In this document: positions 30,190 to 32,621 of the stretch, in pieces
Numbering within the stretch: position 1 is the stretch's first letter
How the letters are laid out: each line of letters starts with the position of its first letter
Origin: Anaerolineae bacterium
Lineage (GTDB): Bacteria; Chloroflexota; Anaerolineae; S140-20
Assembly (NCBI GenBank): GCA_027021705.1
Contig: JALUTT010000105.1
Span: 1 to 32,621, forward strand
Reading direction: 5' to 3'
DNA: 32,621 bases
Position numbers and translations under genes: made by a program
The notes under the pieces: model-generated
What the model saw: the letters and a program-made list of their open reading frames with translations, nothing else
What the model was told of the DNA's origin: nothing
The model's database searches: none

Positions 30190-31221
30190 TCAGGGTACGA
30201 GCACGATCTTGCCGAACTGTTCGCCTCGTTCCAGGAGGGTGGTGGCTTCCTTCCCTTCGCTCAGGGGCATCACCCGGTCTATCACCGGCTTGAGCTTGCC
30301 CGCCCAGACCAGGTTCATCACGTCGCGGAAGTCCTGGTGGGAGCCCATCGTGCTCCCGATGAGGCTGATCTGTTTGGCGAAGAGGAACCGTAGGTCCACC
30401 TCGACGTGGGGGCCGCTGGTGTTGCCGACGATGACGATGCGGCCACCCCGGGCGACGGCGCGGATGCTCTGGGCCAGGGTCGCGCGGCCCACGTTGTCCA
30501 CCACCACGTCCACACCGCGCCGGCCCGTCATCTGGTAGATCGTCCGGCTCCACTGGGGGTCCTCCCGGTAGTTGAGGACCACGTCGGCGCCCAACCGGCG
30601 GGCCCGTTCCATCTTGGCCGGGCTGCTGGTCAGGGCGTAGACGGTGGCCCCGGCCAGCTTGGCGATCTGGAGGGCCATGCTGTTCACGCCGCCGCCGGCC
30701 CCGACGATGAGCACCGACTCGCCGGCCCGCAACCGGGCGCGGTGGATCAGCATACGCCAGGCGGTGAGCCCGACCAGGAGCGGGGCAGCCGCCTCAGGGA
30801 AGTCGAACCCCTCGGGGAGGGTCAGCAGGTTGGAGGCCGGGACGACGACGTACTCGGCACAGCCGCCCCACCGGTGCTCGCCCAGGATGGTGTAGCCGGG
30901 GCTGACGCTCGCCTCCCCCCGACGGGTCCACTCGTCCTCGCGGGTGATGATCCCGGGATCCACGACGACTCGCTGGCCCACCTCCCAGCCGGTCACCCCC
31001 TCGCCCAGGGCCGCGATGACGCCGGCCACGTCCGATCCCCCCACGTGGGGCATGGGGAGCTTGAGGCCCGGCCAGCCCCGCCGCACCCAGATGTCCAGGT
31101 GGTTCAGGGCGCAGGCTTTGACCTGCACCAGGACCTCTCCCGGCCCCGGCCGGGGATCGGGCAGGTCGGTGTACCGGAGGACGTCCAGTTCGCCGTGTTC
31201 GTAGAAGCAAAGGGCTTTCAT
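30190..31221 (-). CDS. MDR-family NAD(P)H-dependent oxidoreductase (quinone/enoyl reductase type, zinc ligands absent)
   Basis: ALNHLD, PHVGGSDVAG, VGAGGGVN, GSTMG, FGKIVL. Confidence 0.85.
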   Translation of the reverse strand: MKALCFYEHGELDVLRYTDLPDPRPGPGEVLVQVKACALNHLDIWVRRGWPGLKLPMPHVGGSDVAGVIAALGEGVTGWEVGQRVVVDPGIITREDEWTRRGEASVSPGYTILGEHRWGGCAEYVVVPASNLLTLPEGFDFPEAAAPLLVGLTAWRMLIHRARLRAGESVLIVGAGGGVNSMALQIAKLAGATVYALTSSPAKMERARRLGADVVLNYREDPQWSRTIYQMTGRRGVDVVVDNVGRATLAQSIRAVARGGRIVIVGNTSGPHVEVDLRFLFAKQISLIGSTMGSHQDFRDVMNLVWAGKLKPVIDRVMPLSEGKEATTLLERGEQFGKIVLVP

Positions 31222-31295
31222 CGTGCTCCTCGCCTCCCTGTCTTGGGTTGCTCCTCACGCGGCCTGGTTCCGCTTCCGGTGCTCTCGTTCCGGTG

Positions 31296-32459
<1,164 letters not shown>

Positions 32460-32487
32460 CGGTTTCCTCCTCAGTGTGGGTGTCCGC

Positions 32488-32621
32488 TCAATACTCGTAA
32501 AATCCCCGTCCGCTCTTGCGTCCCAGGTAGCCGGCGGTCACCATCTGGCGCAGCAGGGGCGGCGCGGCGTAGCGGGGATCGCGGAACTCTTCGTACATCG
32601 CGTCGGCGATGAAGAGCGCCG
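32488..32621 (-). CDS. 3' end of 3-hydroxybutyryl-CoA (3-hydroxyacyl-CoA) dehydrogenase, partial at window edge
   Basis: Manual translation: ALFIADAMYEEFRDPRYAAPPLLRQMVTAGYLGRKSGRGFYEY*. Confidence 0.88.
   Translation of the reverse strand, partial: ALFIADAMYEEFRDPRYAAPPLLRQMVTAGYLGRKSGRGFYEY

Noticed and set aside
30131..30553. N-terminal extension of the CNB protein (292-aa ORF)
   Set aside because: It overlaps the MDR gene out of frame; a GGAGG RBS supports a start at about 30127.

Overview
A very GC-rich bacterial window. Gene content and intergenic repeat style suggest Chloroflexota (Anaerolineae-like), but that is an inference. The left ~4 kb is accessory DNA downstream of a tRNA-Gln(CTG). 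It holds the 3' end of a REP-associated tyrosine transposase (RAYT; not in the ORF track) with its REP palindrome, a Zn-ribbon/beta-propeller/helical/Ig protein, a Trypco1 gene cut off by a heptamer array, a NYN-domain RNase and stacked palindromic repeats. Next come a TgpA-like transglutaminase and a GAF-PAS adenylate cyclase, each with a clear sigma70 promoter. The other ~24 kb is a minus-strand acyl-CoA cluster: 3-hydroxybutyryl-CoA dehydrogenase, acyl-CoA dehydrogenase, a Zn-free MDR reductase, carboxyltransferase, biotin carboxylase, BCCP, epimerase and two B12-mutase large subunits, one with the methylmalonyl-CoA signature (Y/R) and one with the isobutyryl-CoA signature (F/Q). The cluster is interrupted by a three-gene soluble phosphorelay, an aminotransferase plus PEP-utilizer pair, and two small lower-GC, translationally coupled two-gene cassettes that look like unnamed toxin-antitoxin-type modules (a putative BECR-like RNase with a helical partner; a PepSY-like protein with a C39 peptidase). 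A 122-bp MITE-like element occurs three times, and 7/8-mer tandem arrays fill several gene junctions. No CRISPR array is present.
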